Positions 36,601 to 49,600 of a stretch of DNA of 64,000 nt are shown piece by piece (positions within the stretch are counted from its first letter, which is position 1; every line of letters starts with the position of its first letter). Position numbers and translations under genes: made by a program. Location: positions 17,305,903 through 17,369,902 of the forward strand of contig CM082577.2 in the NCBI GenBank assembly GCA_040954595.2, read 5' to 3'. The DNA comes from Balanoglossus misakiensis (taxonomy: Eukaryota; Animalia; Hemichordata). The notes under the pieces are model-generated. The model did no database searches. It saw only the letters and a list, made by a program, of their open reading frames with translations, and was not told the DNA's origin.

Positions 36601-39600
36601 TACCGAACGCTAGTGTCTGTCATAGTGTGCCGGGGTTTTAGTCGAGCCAAGCCGTAGGAGATCAGACTTGATCAACATGGTCTCTGTACGCGTGTTTCTG
36701 CTCTAGAGTGCCGGGGCTTTATCCAAGCCATGCCGTAGAAAATCTGACTTGATCACCGTTGCTAACGTACGCTAGTGTCTGTCATATTGTGACGGAGATT
36801 TAGCCGAGCCAGGCCGTAGAAAAATCGACTTGTTCAACGTTACCAGTGTGCAACTGTTTCTGCTCTAGAGTGTCAGGGTTTAAGCCGACTTATGCTGTAG
36901 GAAATCTGAGTTGATGAACGGGAATCCAATGTTAGAAAACCCGTGTGGAAAGTATCTCTACCCGTTTGAAACTAAGAAAAGAATTTATTCTTATTTATTT
37001 TGTAAAAAAGACAATTTTTCGAAAAAAAAAGTCGAAAATGGTAATTCTGTCTTGGGTGATTCAAATTATACCGCCTTTTCTGGAATTTGCAGCACTTTTT
37101 ACAAGAGAACGACACTCCATGCTCCATAATATTTCTGAAAATGAAGAAAAGAGTTAATTTTTTATGATTTTTTTAAAAATTTACCATTTTTGTTAAAATA
37201 TGGCCAAAATGGCTATTTTTTCTTGAATTCCGTCAATATCTCTGCCTTTTTTGAGTGGTCGAAAGTTTTAACATACAATCAACATGTCATATATGATCAG
37301 GGCACCAAATTCGAAGAACAAAGGTTTTTTTATTATTTTTTAAAAAAATGACATTTTCAAAGAAAATTTGGTAAAATGCAATTTTGTCTGCAGTGAGCCA
37401 AATTAGACGGTCTTTTGTGGAATTTGTATTGATATATACATACGAAGAGCATTCTATACTCCATCAGATTTCCGAAAATGTAGAAAACAGTTATTATTTG
37501 TAATTTTCAAAAATTTACCATTTTGACCAAATTGTGGCTAAAATTGTTATTTTCGTGTTGAATGCCGCCAGTGTCACTGCTTTTAAAAGTCATAAAAACT
37601 TTGAACATACAAGCAATTGTTTATATATGATCAGGTCACCGAATTAAAAAAAATAAAGAATGTTTTGCCTAAAAATGACCTTTTTGGTGCAAAAACGCAA
37701 TTTTGTATTAAATCAGCTCATTCAGAGTGCATTTTTTATAATCAGCACCATTTTTACATATAATGGAAATTTCATACATCATCAGATATCCAAATATGAA
37801 AAAATGATTTAGATTTTAAATGATTGTCCAAAATTAGCTGATATCTAATAAATGTAGTATTGAACCGTTCTGTCCCCCCCCCCTACATTATATGCCGTAC
37901 GCCGATGTCAGCTTACCCGGCAGTACTGCAGGCCGTGCCCCCAACTAACGTCGGTGTTTGTAACGCCCTGGTTAAATTCGGGCTTTCTCTATAAATTGAC
38001 AGGCGATAATGCAGTCCTACCCGAACAAATGTCGAGTGTTGACCCGCTGTGACTTTCCCTCTTCGGTTTGCCCGACTTAGCCAACGTCTTTGTACTAGAG
38101 TGTCGGGTCTTTTGCAGAGCCAGGCCGAAGGAAATCCGACTTGATCACCGTTGCTAACGAACGCTAGTGTCTGTCATGGTGTGCCGGGGTTTTAGTCGAG
38201 CCAGGCCGTAGGAGATCTGACGTGATCATCGTGGTCAATGTACGCGTGTTTCCGCTCTAAAGTGCCGGGGCTTCAGCTAATCCAGGCCGTAGGAAATCCG
38301 ACGTAATCACCGTTGATAACTTACGCCAGTCTGTGTCATATAGAGCCGGTGCACCAGCCGAGTCACGCCGTAGGAAATCTGACTTGATCAACGTAGTCAA
38401 TGTACGCCTGTTTCTGCTCTAGAGTGCCGGGGCTTCAGCTGAGCCAGGCCGTAGGAAACCCGACGTGATTACCGTTGTTAACTTACGCCAGTCTGTGTCC
38501 TATAGTGCCGGGGCATCAGCCGTGCCAGGCCGAAGGAAATGTGAGTTGATCAACGTGGTCTCTGTACGCGTGTTTCTGCTCTAGAGTGCCTGGGCTTTAG
38601 CCAAGCTATGCCGTAGGAAATCTGACTTGATCAACGTTGCTACCGAACGCTAGTGTCTGTCATAGTGTGCCGGGGTTTTAGTCGAGCCAAGCCGTAGGAG
38701 ATCAGACTTGATCAACATGGTCTCTGTACGCGTGTTTCTGCTCTAGAGTGCCGGGGCTTTATCCAAGCCATGCCGTAGAAAATCTGACTTGATCACCGTT
38801 GCTAACGTACGCTAGTGTCTGTCATATTGTGACGGAGATTTAGCCGAGCCAGGCCGTAGAAAAATCGACTTGTTCAACGTTACCAGTGTGCAACTGTTTC
38901 TGCTCTAGAGTGTCAGGGTTTAAGCCGACTTATGCTGTAGGAAATCTGAGTTGATGAACGGGAATCCAATGTTAGAAAACCCGTGTGGAAAGTATCTCTA
39001 CCCGTTTGAAACTAAGAAAAGAATGTATTCTTATTTATTTTGTAAAAAAGACAATTTTTCGCAAAAAAGTCAAAAATGGTAATTTTGTCTTGGGTGATTC
39101 AAATTTTACCGCCTTTTCTGGAATTTGCAGCACTTTTTACAAGAGAACGACACTTCATGCTCCATAATATTTCTGAAAATGAAGAAAAGAGTTAATTTTT
39201 TATGATTTTTTTTAAAAATTTACCATTTTTGTCAAAATATGGCCAAAATGGCTATTTTTTCTTGAATTCCGTCAATATCTCTGCATTTTTTGAGTGGTCG
39301 AAAGTTTTAACATACAACCAACATGTCATATATGATCAGGGCACCAAATTCGAAGAACAAATTTTTTTTTTTTTTTTCTAAAAATGACATTTTCAAGGAA
39401 AATTTGGTAAAACGCAATTTTGTCTGCAGTGAGCCAAATTAGACGGTCTTTTGTGGAATTTGTATCGATATATACATACGAAGAGCATTCTATACTCCAT
39501 CAGATTTCCGAAAATGTAGAAAACAGTTATTTTTTGTAATTTTCAAAAAATTACCATTTTGACCAAATTGTGGCTAAAATTGTTATTTTCGTGTTGAATG

Positions 39601-42600
39601 CCGCCAGTGTCACTGCTTTTAAAAGTCATAAAAACTTTGAACATACAAGCAATTGGTTATATATGATCAGGTCACCGAATTAAAAAAATAAAGAATGTTT
39701 TGCCTAAAAATGACCTTTTTGGTGCAAAAACGCAATTTTGTATTAAATCAGCTCATTCAGAGTGCATTTTTTATAATCAGCACCATTTTTACATATAATG
39801 GAAATTTCATACATCATCAGATATCCAAATATGAAAAAATGATTTAGATTTTAGATGATTGTCCAAAATTAGCTGATATCTAATAAATGTAGTATTGAAC
39901 CGTTCTGTTCCCCCCCCCCCCCCTACATTATATGCGGTACGCCGATGTCAGCTTACCCGGCAGTACTGCAGGCCGTGCCCCCAACTAACGTCGGTGTTTG
40001 AAACGCCCTGGTTAAATTCGGGCTTTCTCTATAAATTGACAGGCAATAATGCAGTCCTACCCGAACAAATGTCGAGTGTTGACCCGCTGTGACTTTCCCT
40101 CTTCGGTTTGCCCGACTTAGCCACCGTCTTTGTACTAGAGTGTCGGGTCTTTTGCAGAGCCAGGCCGAAGGAAATCCGACTTGATCACCGTTGCTAACGA
40201 ACGCTAGTGTCTGTCATGGTGTGCCGGGGTTTTAGTCGAGCCAGGCCGTAGGAGATCTGACTTGATCATCGTGGTCAATGTACGCGTGTTTCCGCTCTAA
40301 AGTGCCGGGGCTTCAGCTAAACCAGGCCGTAGGAAATCCGACGTAATCACCGTTGATAACTTACGCCAGTCTGTGTCATATAGAGCCGGTGCACCAGCCG
40401 AGTCACGCCGTAGGAAATCTGACTTGATCAACGTGGTCATTGTACGCCTGTTTCTGCTCTAGAGTGCCGGGGCTTCAGCTGAGCCAGGCCGTAGGAAACC
40501 CGACGTGATTACCGTAGTTAACTTACGCGAGTCTGTGTCCTATAGTGCCGGGGCATCAGCCGTGCCAGGCCGAAGGAAATGTGAGTTGATCAACGTGGTC
40601 TCTGTACGCGTGTTTCTGCTCTAGAGTGCCTGGGCTTTAGCCAAGCTATGCCGTAGGAAATCTGACTTGATCAACGTTGCTACCGAACGCTAGTGTCTGT
40701 CATAGTGTGCCGGGGTTTTAGTCGAGCCAAGCCGTAGGAGATCAGACTTGATCAACATGGTCTCTGTACGCGTGTTTCTGCTCTAGAGTGCCGGGGCTTT
40801 ATCCAAGCCATGCCGTAGAAAATCTGACTTGATCACCGTTGCTAACGTACGCTAGTGTCTGTCATATTGTGACGGAGATTTAGCCGAGCCAGGCCGTAGA
40901 AAAATCGACTTGTTCAACGTTACCAGTGTGCAACTGTTTCTGCTCTAGAGTGTCAGGGTTTAAGCCGACTTATTCTGTAGGAAATCTGAGTTGATGAACG
41001 GGAATCCATTGTTAGAAAACCCGTGTGGAAAGTATCTCTACCCGTTTGAAACTAAGAAAAGAATTTATTCTTATTTATTTTGTAAAAAAGACAATTTTTC
41101 GAAAAAAAGTCGAAAATGGTAATTTTGTCTTGGGTGATTCAAATTATACCGCCTTTTCTGGAATTTGCAGCACTTTTTACAAGAGAACGACACTCCATGC
41201 TCCATAATATTTCTGAAAATGAAGAAAAGAGTTAATTTTTTATGATTTTTTAAAAATTTACCATTTTTGTTAAAATATGGCCAAAATGGCTATTTTTTCT
41301 TGAATTCCGTCAATATCTCTGCATTTTTTGAGTGGTCGAAAGTTTTAACATACAATCAACATGTCATATATGATCAGGGCACCAAATTCGAAGAACAAAG
41401 GTTTTTTTATTATTTTTTCTAAAAATTACATTTTCAAGGAAAATTTGGTAAAATGCAATTTTGTCTGCAGTGAGCCAAATTAGACGGTCTTTTGTGGAAT
41501 TTGTATCGATATATACATACGAAGAGCATTCTATACTCCATCAGATTTCCGAAAATGTAGAAAACAGTTATTTTTTGTAATTTTCAAAAATTTACCATTT
41601 TGACCAAATTGTGGCTAAAATTGTTATTTTCGTGTTGAATGCCGCCAGTGTCACTGCTTTTAAAAGTCATAAAACCTTTGAACATACAAGCAATTGTTTA
41701 TATATGATCAGGTCACCGAATTAAAAAAATAAAGAATGTTTTGCCTAAAAATGACCTTTTTGGTGCAAAAACGCAATTTTGTATTAAATCAGCTCATTCA
41801 GAGTGCATGTTTTATAATCAGCACCATTTTTACATATAATGGAAATTTCATACATCATCAGATATCCAAATATGAAAAAATGATTTAGATTTTAGATGAT
41901 TGTCCAAAATTAGCTGATATGTAATAAATGTAGTATTGAACCGTTCTGTTCCCCCCCCCCCCCTACATTATATGCCGTACGCCGATGTCAGCTAACCCGG
42001 CAGTACTGCAGGCCGTGCCCCCAACTAACGTCGGTGTTTGAAACGCCCTGGTTAAATTCGGGCTTTCTCTATAAATTGACAGGCAATAATGCAGTCCTAC
42101 CCGAACAAATGTCGAGTGTTGACCCGCTGTGACTTTCCCTCTTCGGTTTGCCCGACTTAGCCAACGTCTTTGTACTAGAGTGTCGGGTTTTTTGCAGAGC
42201 CAGGCCGAAGGAAATCCGACTTGATCACCGTTGCTAACGAACGCTAGTGTCTGTCATGGTGTGCCGGGGTTTTAGTCGAGCCAGGCCGTAGGAGATCTGA
42301 CTTGATCATCGTGGTCAATGTACGCGTGTTTCCGCTCTAAAGTGCCGGGGCTTCAGCTAAACCAGGCCGTAGGAAATCCGACGTAATCACCGTTGATAAC
42401 TTACGCCAGTCTGTGTCATATAGAGCCGGTGCACCAGCCGAGTCACGCCGTAGGAAATCTGACTTGATCAACGTGGTCAATGTACGCCTGTTTCTGCTCT
42501 AGAGTGCCGGGGCTTCAGCTGAGCCAGGCCGTAGGAAACCCGACGTGATTACCGTTGTTAACTTACGCCAGTCTGTGTCCTATAGTGCCGGGGCATCAGC

Positions 42601-45600
42601 CGTGCCAGGCCTAAGGAAATGTGAGTTGATCAACGTGGTCTCTGTACGCGTGTTTCTGCTCTAGAGTGCCTGGGCTTTAGCCAAGCTATGCCGTAGGAAA
42701 TCTGACTTGATCAACGTTGCTACCGAACGCTAGTGTCTGTCATAGTGTGCCGGGGTTTTAGTCGAGCCAAGCCGTAGGAGATCAGACTTGATCAACATGG
42801 TCTCTGTACGCGTGTTTCTGCTCTAGAGTGCCGGGGCTTTATCCAAGCCATGCCGTAGAAAATCTGACTTGATCACCGTTGCTAACGTACGCTAGTGTCT
42901 GTCATATTGTGACGGAGATTTAGCCGAGCCAGGCCATAGAAAAATCGACTTGTTCAACGTTACCAGTGTGCAACTGTTTCTGCTCTAGAGTGTCAGGGTT
43001 TAAGCCGACTTATGCTGTAGGAAATCTGAGTTGATGAACGGTAATTCAATGTTAGAAAACCCGTGTGGAAAGTTTCTCTACCCGTTTGAAACTAAGAAAA
43101 GAATTTATTCTTATTTATTTTGTAAAAAAAGACAATTTTCCGAAAAAAAAGTCGAAAATGGTAATTTTGTCTTGGGTGATTCAAATTATACCGCCTTTTC
43201 TGGAATTTGCAGCACTTTTAACAAGAGAACGACACTCCATGCTCCATAATATTTTCTGAAAATGAAGAAAAGAGTTAATTTTTTATGATTTTTTAAAAAT
43301 TTACAATTTTTGTCAAAATATGGCCAAAATGGCTATTTTTTCTTGAATTCCGTCAATATCTCTGCATTTTTTGAGTGGTCGAAAGTTTTAACATACAATC
43401 AACATGTCATATATGATCAGGGCACCAAATTCGAAGAACAAAGGTTTTTTTATTATTTTTTCTAAAAATGACATTTTCAAGGAAAATTTGGTAAAACGCA
43501 ATTTTGTCTGCAGTGAGCCAAATTAGACGGTCTTTTGTGGAATTTGTATCGATATATACATACGAAGAGCATTCTATACTCCATCAGATTTCCGAAAATG
43601 TAGAAAACAGTTATTTTTTGTAATTTTCAAAAAATTACCATTTTGACCAAATTGTGGCTAAAATTGTTATTTTCGTGTTGAATGCCGCCAGTGTCACTGC
43701 TTTTAAAAGTCATAAAACCTTTGAACATACAAGCAATTGTTTATATATGATCAGGTCACCGAATTAAAAAAATAAAGAATGTTTTGCCTAAAAATGGCCT
43801 TTTTGGTGCAAAAACGCAATTTTGTATTAAATCAGCTCATTCAGAGTGCATGTTTTATAATCAGCACCATTTTTACATATAATGGAAATTTCATACATCA
43901 TCAGATATCCAAATATGAAAAAATGATTTAGATTTTAGATGATTGTCCAAAATTAGCTGATATGTAATAAATGTAGTATTGAACCGTTCTGTTCCCCCCC
44001 CCCCTACATTATATGCCGTACGCCGATGTCAGCTAACCCGGCAGTACTGCAGGCCGTGCCCCCAACTAACGTCGGTGTTTGAAACGCCCTGGTTAAATTC
44101 GGGCTTTCTCTATAAATTGACAGGCAATAATGCAGTCCTACCCGAACAAATGTCGAGTGTTGACCCGCTGTGACTTTCCCTCTTCGGTTTGCCCGACTTA
44201 GCCAACGTCTTTGTACTAGAGTGTCGGGTCTTTTGCAGAGCCAGGCCGAAGGAAATCCGACTTGATCACCGTTGCTAACGAACGCTAGTGTCTGTCATGG
44301 TGTGCCGGGGTTTTAGTCGAGCCAGGCCGTAGGAGATCTGACTTGATCATCGTGGTCAATGTACGCGTGTTTCCGCTCTAAAGTGCCGGGGCTTCAGCTA
44401 AACCAGGCCGTAGGAAATCCGACGTAATCACCGTTGATAACTTACGCCAGTCTGTGTCATATAGAGCCGGTGCACCAGCCGAGTCACGCCGTAGGAAATC
44501 TGACTTGATCAACGTGGTCAATGTACGCCTGTTACTGCTCTAGAGTGCCGGGGCTTCAGCTGAGCCAGGCCGTAGGAAACCCGACGTGATTACCGTAGTT
44601 AACTTACGCGAGTCTGTGTCCTATAGTGCCGGGGCATCAGCCGTGCCAGGCCGAAGGAAATGTGAGTTGATCAACGTGGTCTCTGTACGCGTGTTTCTGC
44701 TCTAGAGTGCCTGGGCTTTAGCCAAGCTATGCCGTAGGAAATCTGACTTGATCAACGTTGCTACCGAACGCTAGTGTCTGTCATAGTGTGCCGGGGTTTT
44801 AGTCGAGCCAAGCCGTAGGAGATCAGACTTGATCAACATGGTCTCTGTACGCGTGTTTCTGCTCTAGAGTGCCGGGGCTTTATCCAAGCCATGCCGTAGA
44901 AAATCTGACTTGATCACCGTTGCTAACGTACGCTAGTGTCTGTCATATTGTGACGGAGATTTAGCCGAGCCAGGCCGTAGAAAAATCGACTTGTTCAACG
45001 TTACCAGTGTGCAACTGTTTCTGCTCTAGAGTGTCAGGGTTTAAGCCGACTTATTCTGTAGGAAATCTGAGTTGATGAACGGGAATCCAATGTTAGAAAA
45101 CCCGTGTGGAAAGTATCTCTACCCGTTTGAAACTAAGAAAAGAATTTATTCTTATTTATTTTGTAAAAAAGACAATTTTTCGAAAAAAAGTCGAAAATGG
45201 TAATTTTGTCTTGGGTGATTCAAATTATACCGCCTTTTCTGGAATTTGCAGCACTTTTTACAAGAGAACGACACTCCATGCTCCATAATATTTCTGAAAA
45301 TGAAGAAAAGAGTTAATTTTTTATGATTTTTTAAAAATTTACCATTTTTGTTAAAATATGGCCAAAATGGCTATTTTTTCTTGAATTCCGTCAATATCTC
45401 TGCATTTTTTGAGTGGTCGAAAGTTTTAACATACAATCAACATGTCATATATGATCAGGGCACCAAATTCGAAGAACAAAGGTTTTTTTATTATTTTTTC
45501 TAAAAATTACATTTTCAAGGAAAATTTGGTAAAATGCAATTTTGTCTGCAGTGAGCCAAATTAGACGGTCTTTTGTGGAATTTGTATCGATATATACATA

Positions 45601-46607
45601 CGAAGAGCATTCTATACTCCATCAGATTTCCGAAAATGTAGAAAACAGTTATTTTTTGTAATTTTCAAAAAATTACCATTTTGACCAAATTGTGGCTAAA
45701 ATTGTTATTTTCGTGATGAATGCCGCCAGTGTCACTGCTTTTAAAAGTCATAAAACCTTTGAACATACAAGCAATTGTTTATATATGTTCAGGTCACCGA
45801 ATTAAAAAAAATAAAGAATGTTTTGCCTAAAAATGACCTTTTTGGTGCAAAAACGCAATTTTGTATTAAATCAGCTCATTCAGAGTGCATTTTTTATAAT
45901 CAGCACCATTTTTACATATAATGGAAATTTCATACATCATCAGATATCCAAATATGAAAAAATGATTTAGATTTTAGATGATTGTCCAAAATTAGCTGAT
46001 ATCTAATAAATGTAGTATTGAACCGTTCTGTCCCCCCCCCCCCTACATTATATGCCGTACGCCGATGTAAGCTAACCCGGCAGTACTGCAGGCCGTGCCC
46101 CCAACTAACGTCGGTGTTTGAAACGCCCTGGTTAAATTCGGGCTTTCTCTATAAATTGACAGGCAATAATGCAGTCCTACCCGAACAAATGTCGAGTGTT
46201 GACCCGCTGTGACTTTCCCTCTTCGGTTTGCCCGACTTAGCCAACGTCTTTGTACTAGAGTGTCGGGTCTTTTGCAGAGCCAGGCCGAAGGAAATCCGAC
46301 TTGATCACCTTTGCTAACGAACGCTAGTGTCTGTCATGGTGTGCCGGGGTTATAGTCGAGCCAGGCCGTAGGAGATCTGACTTGATCATCGTGGTCAATG
46401 TACGCGTGTTTTCCGCTCTAAAGTGCCGGGGCTTCAGCTAAACCAGGCCGTAGGAAATCCGACGTAATCACCGTTGATAACTTACGCCAGTCTGTGTCAT
46501 ATAGAGCCGGTGCACCAGCCGAGTCACGCCGTAGGAAATCTGACTTGATCAACGTGGTCAATGTACGCCTGTTTCTGCTCTAGAGTGCCGGGGCTTCAGC
46601 TGAGCCA

Positions 46608-46625
46608 GGCCGTAGGAAATGTGAG
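46608..46625. repeat. -81 bp deletion junction (M5/M6 fusion)
   Basis: GCCGTAGGAAA (M5 start) runs directly into TGTGAGTTG (M6). The interval 45106-47065 is 1959 bp. Confidence 0.93.
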
Positions 46626-49600
46626 TTGATCAACGTGGTCTCTGTACGCGTGTTTCTGCTCTAGAGTGCCTGGGCTTTAGCCAAGCTATGCCGTAGGAAA
46701 TCTGACTTGATCAACGTTGCTACCGAACGCTAGTGTCTGTCATAGTGTGCCGGGGTTTTAGTCGAGCCAAGCCGTAGGAGATCAGACTTGATCAACATGG
46801 TCTCTGTACGCGTGTTTCTGCTCTAGAGTGCCGGGGCTTTATCCAAGCCATGCCGTAGAAAATCTGACTTGATCACCGTTGCTAACGTACGCTAGTGTCT
46901 GTCATATTGTGACGGAGATTTAGCCGAGCCAGGCCGTAGAAAAATCGACTTGTTCAACGTTACCAGTGTGCAACTGTTTCTGCTCTAGAGTGTCAGGGTT
47001 TAAGCCGACTTATGCTGTAGGAAATCTGAGTTGATGAACGGGAATCCAATGTTAGAAAACCCGTGTGGAAAGTATCTCTACCCGTTTGAAACTAAGAAAA
47101 GAATTTATTCTTATTTATTTTGTAAAAAAGACAATTTTTCAAAAAAAAGTCGAAAATGGTAATTTTGTCTTGGGTGATTCAAATTATACCACCTTTTCTG
47201 GAATTTGCAGCACTTTTTACAAGAGAACGACACTCCATGCTCCATAATATTTCTGAAAATGAAGAAAAGAGTTAATTTTTTATGATTTTTTAAAAATTTA
47301 CCATTTTTGTCAAATATGGCCAAAATGGCTATTTTTTCTTGAATTCCGTCAATATCTCTGCATTTTTTGAGTGGTCGAAAGTTTTAACATACAATCAACA
47401 TGTCATATATGATCAGGGCACCAAATTCGAAGAACAAAGGTTTTTTTATTATTTTTTCTAAAAATGACATTTTCAAGGAAAATTTGGTAAAACGCAATTT
47501 TGTCTTCAGTGAGCCAAATTAGACGGTCTTTTGTGGAATTTGTATCGATATATACATACGTAGAGCATTCTATACTCCATCAGATTTCCGAAAATGTAGA
47601 AAACAGTTATTTTTTGTAATTTTCAAAAATTTACCATTTTGACCAAATTGTGGCTAAAATTGTTATTTTCGTGTTGAATGCCGCCAGTGTCACTGCTTTT
47701 AAAAGTCATAAAACCTTTGAACATACAAGCAATTGTTTATATATGATCAGGTCACCGAATTAAAAAAATAAAGAATGTTTTGCCTAAAAATGACCTTTTT
47801 GGTGCAAAAACGCAATTTTGTATTAAATCAGCTCATTCAGAGTGCATGTTTTATAATCAGCACCATTTTTACATATAATGGAAATTTCATACATCATCAG
47901 ATATCCAAATATGAAAAAATGATTTAGATTTTAGATGATTGTCCAAAATTAGCTGATATGTAATAAATGTAGTATTGAACCGTTCTGTTCCCCCCCCCCC
48001 TACATTATATGCCGTACGCCGATGTCAGCTAACCCGGCAGTACTGCAGGCCGTGCCCCCAACTAACGTCGGTGTTTGAAACGCCCTGGTTAAATTCGGGC
48101 TTTCTCTATAAATTGACAGGCAATAATGCAGTCCTACCCGAACAAATGTCGAGTGTTGACCCGCTGTGACTTTCCCTCTTCGGTTTGCCCGACTTAGCCA
48201 ACGTCTTTGTACTAGAGTGTCGGGTCTTTTGCAGAGCCAGGCCGAAGGAAATCCGACTTGATCACCGTTGCTAACGAACGCTAGTGTCTGTCATGGTGTG
48301 CCGGGGTTTTAGTCGAGCCAGGCCGTAGGAGATCTGACTTGATCATCGTGGTCAATGTACGCGTGTTTCCGCTCTAAAGTGCCGGGGCTTCAGCTAAACC
48401 AGGCCGTAGGAAATCCGACGTAATCACCGTTGATAACTTACGCCAGTCTGTGTCATATAGAGCCGGTGCACCAGCCGAGTCACGCCGTAGGAAATCTGAC
48501 TTGATCAACGTGGTCAATGTACGCCTGTTTCTGCTCTAGAGTGCCGGGGCTTCAGCTGAGCCAGGCCGTAGGAAACCCGACGTGATTACCGTTGTTAACT
48601 TACGCCAGTCTGTGTCCTATAGTGCCGGGGCATCAGCCGTGCCAGGCCGAAGGAAATGTGAGTTGATCAACGTGGTCTCTGTACGCGTGTTTCTGCTCTA
48701 GAGTGCCTGGGCTTTAGCCAAGCTATGCCGTAGGAAATCTGACTTGATCAACGTTGCTACCGAACGCTAGTGTCTGTCATAGTGTGCCGGGGTTTTAGTC
48801 GAGCCAAGCCGTAGGAGATCAGACTTGATCAACATGGTCTCTGTACGCGTGGTTTCTGCTCTAGAGTGCCGGGGCTTTATCCAAGCCATGCCGTAGAAAA
48901 TCTGACTTGATCACCGTTGCTAACGTACGCTAGTGTCTGTCATATTGTGACGGAGATTTAGCCGAGCCAGGCCGTAGAAAAATCGACTTGTTCAACGTTA
49001 CCAGTGTGCAACTGTTTCTGCTCTAGAGTGTCAGGGTTTAAGCCGACTTATTCTGTAGGAAATCTGAGTTGATGAACGGGAATCCAATGTTAGAAAACCC
49101 GTGTGGAAAGTATCTCTACCCGTTTGAAACTAAGAAAAGAATTTATTCTTATTTATTTTGTAAAAAAGACAATTTTTCGAAAAAAAGTCGAAAATGGTAA
49201 TTTTGTCTTGGGTGATTCAAATTATACCGCCTTTTCTGGAATTTGCAGCACTTTTTACAAGAGAACGACACTCCATGCTCCATAATATTTCTGAAAATGA
49301 AGAAAAGAGTTAATGTTTTATGATTTTTTAAAAATTTACCATTTTTGTTAAAATATGGCCAAAATGGCTATTTTTTCTTGAATTCCGTCAATATCTCTGC
49401 ATTTTTTGAGTGGTCGAAAGTTTTAACATACAATCAACATGTCATATATGATCAGGGCACCAAATTCGAAGAACAAAGGTTTTTTTATTATTTTTTCTAA
49501 AAATTACATTTTCAAGGAAAATTTGGTAAAATGCAATTTTGTCTGCAGTGAGCCAAATTAGACGGTCTTTTGTGGAATTTGTATCGATATATACATACGA

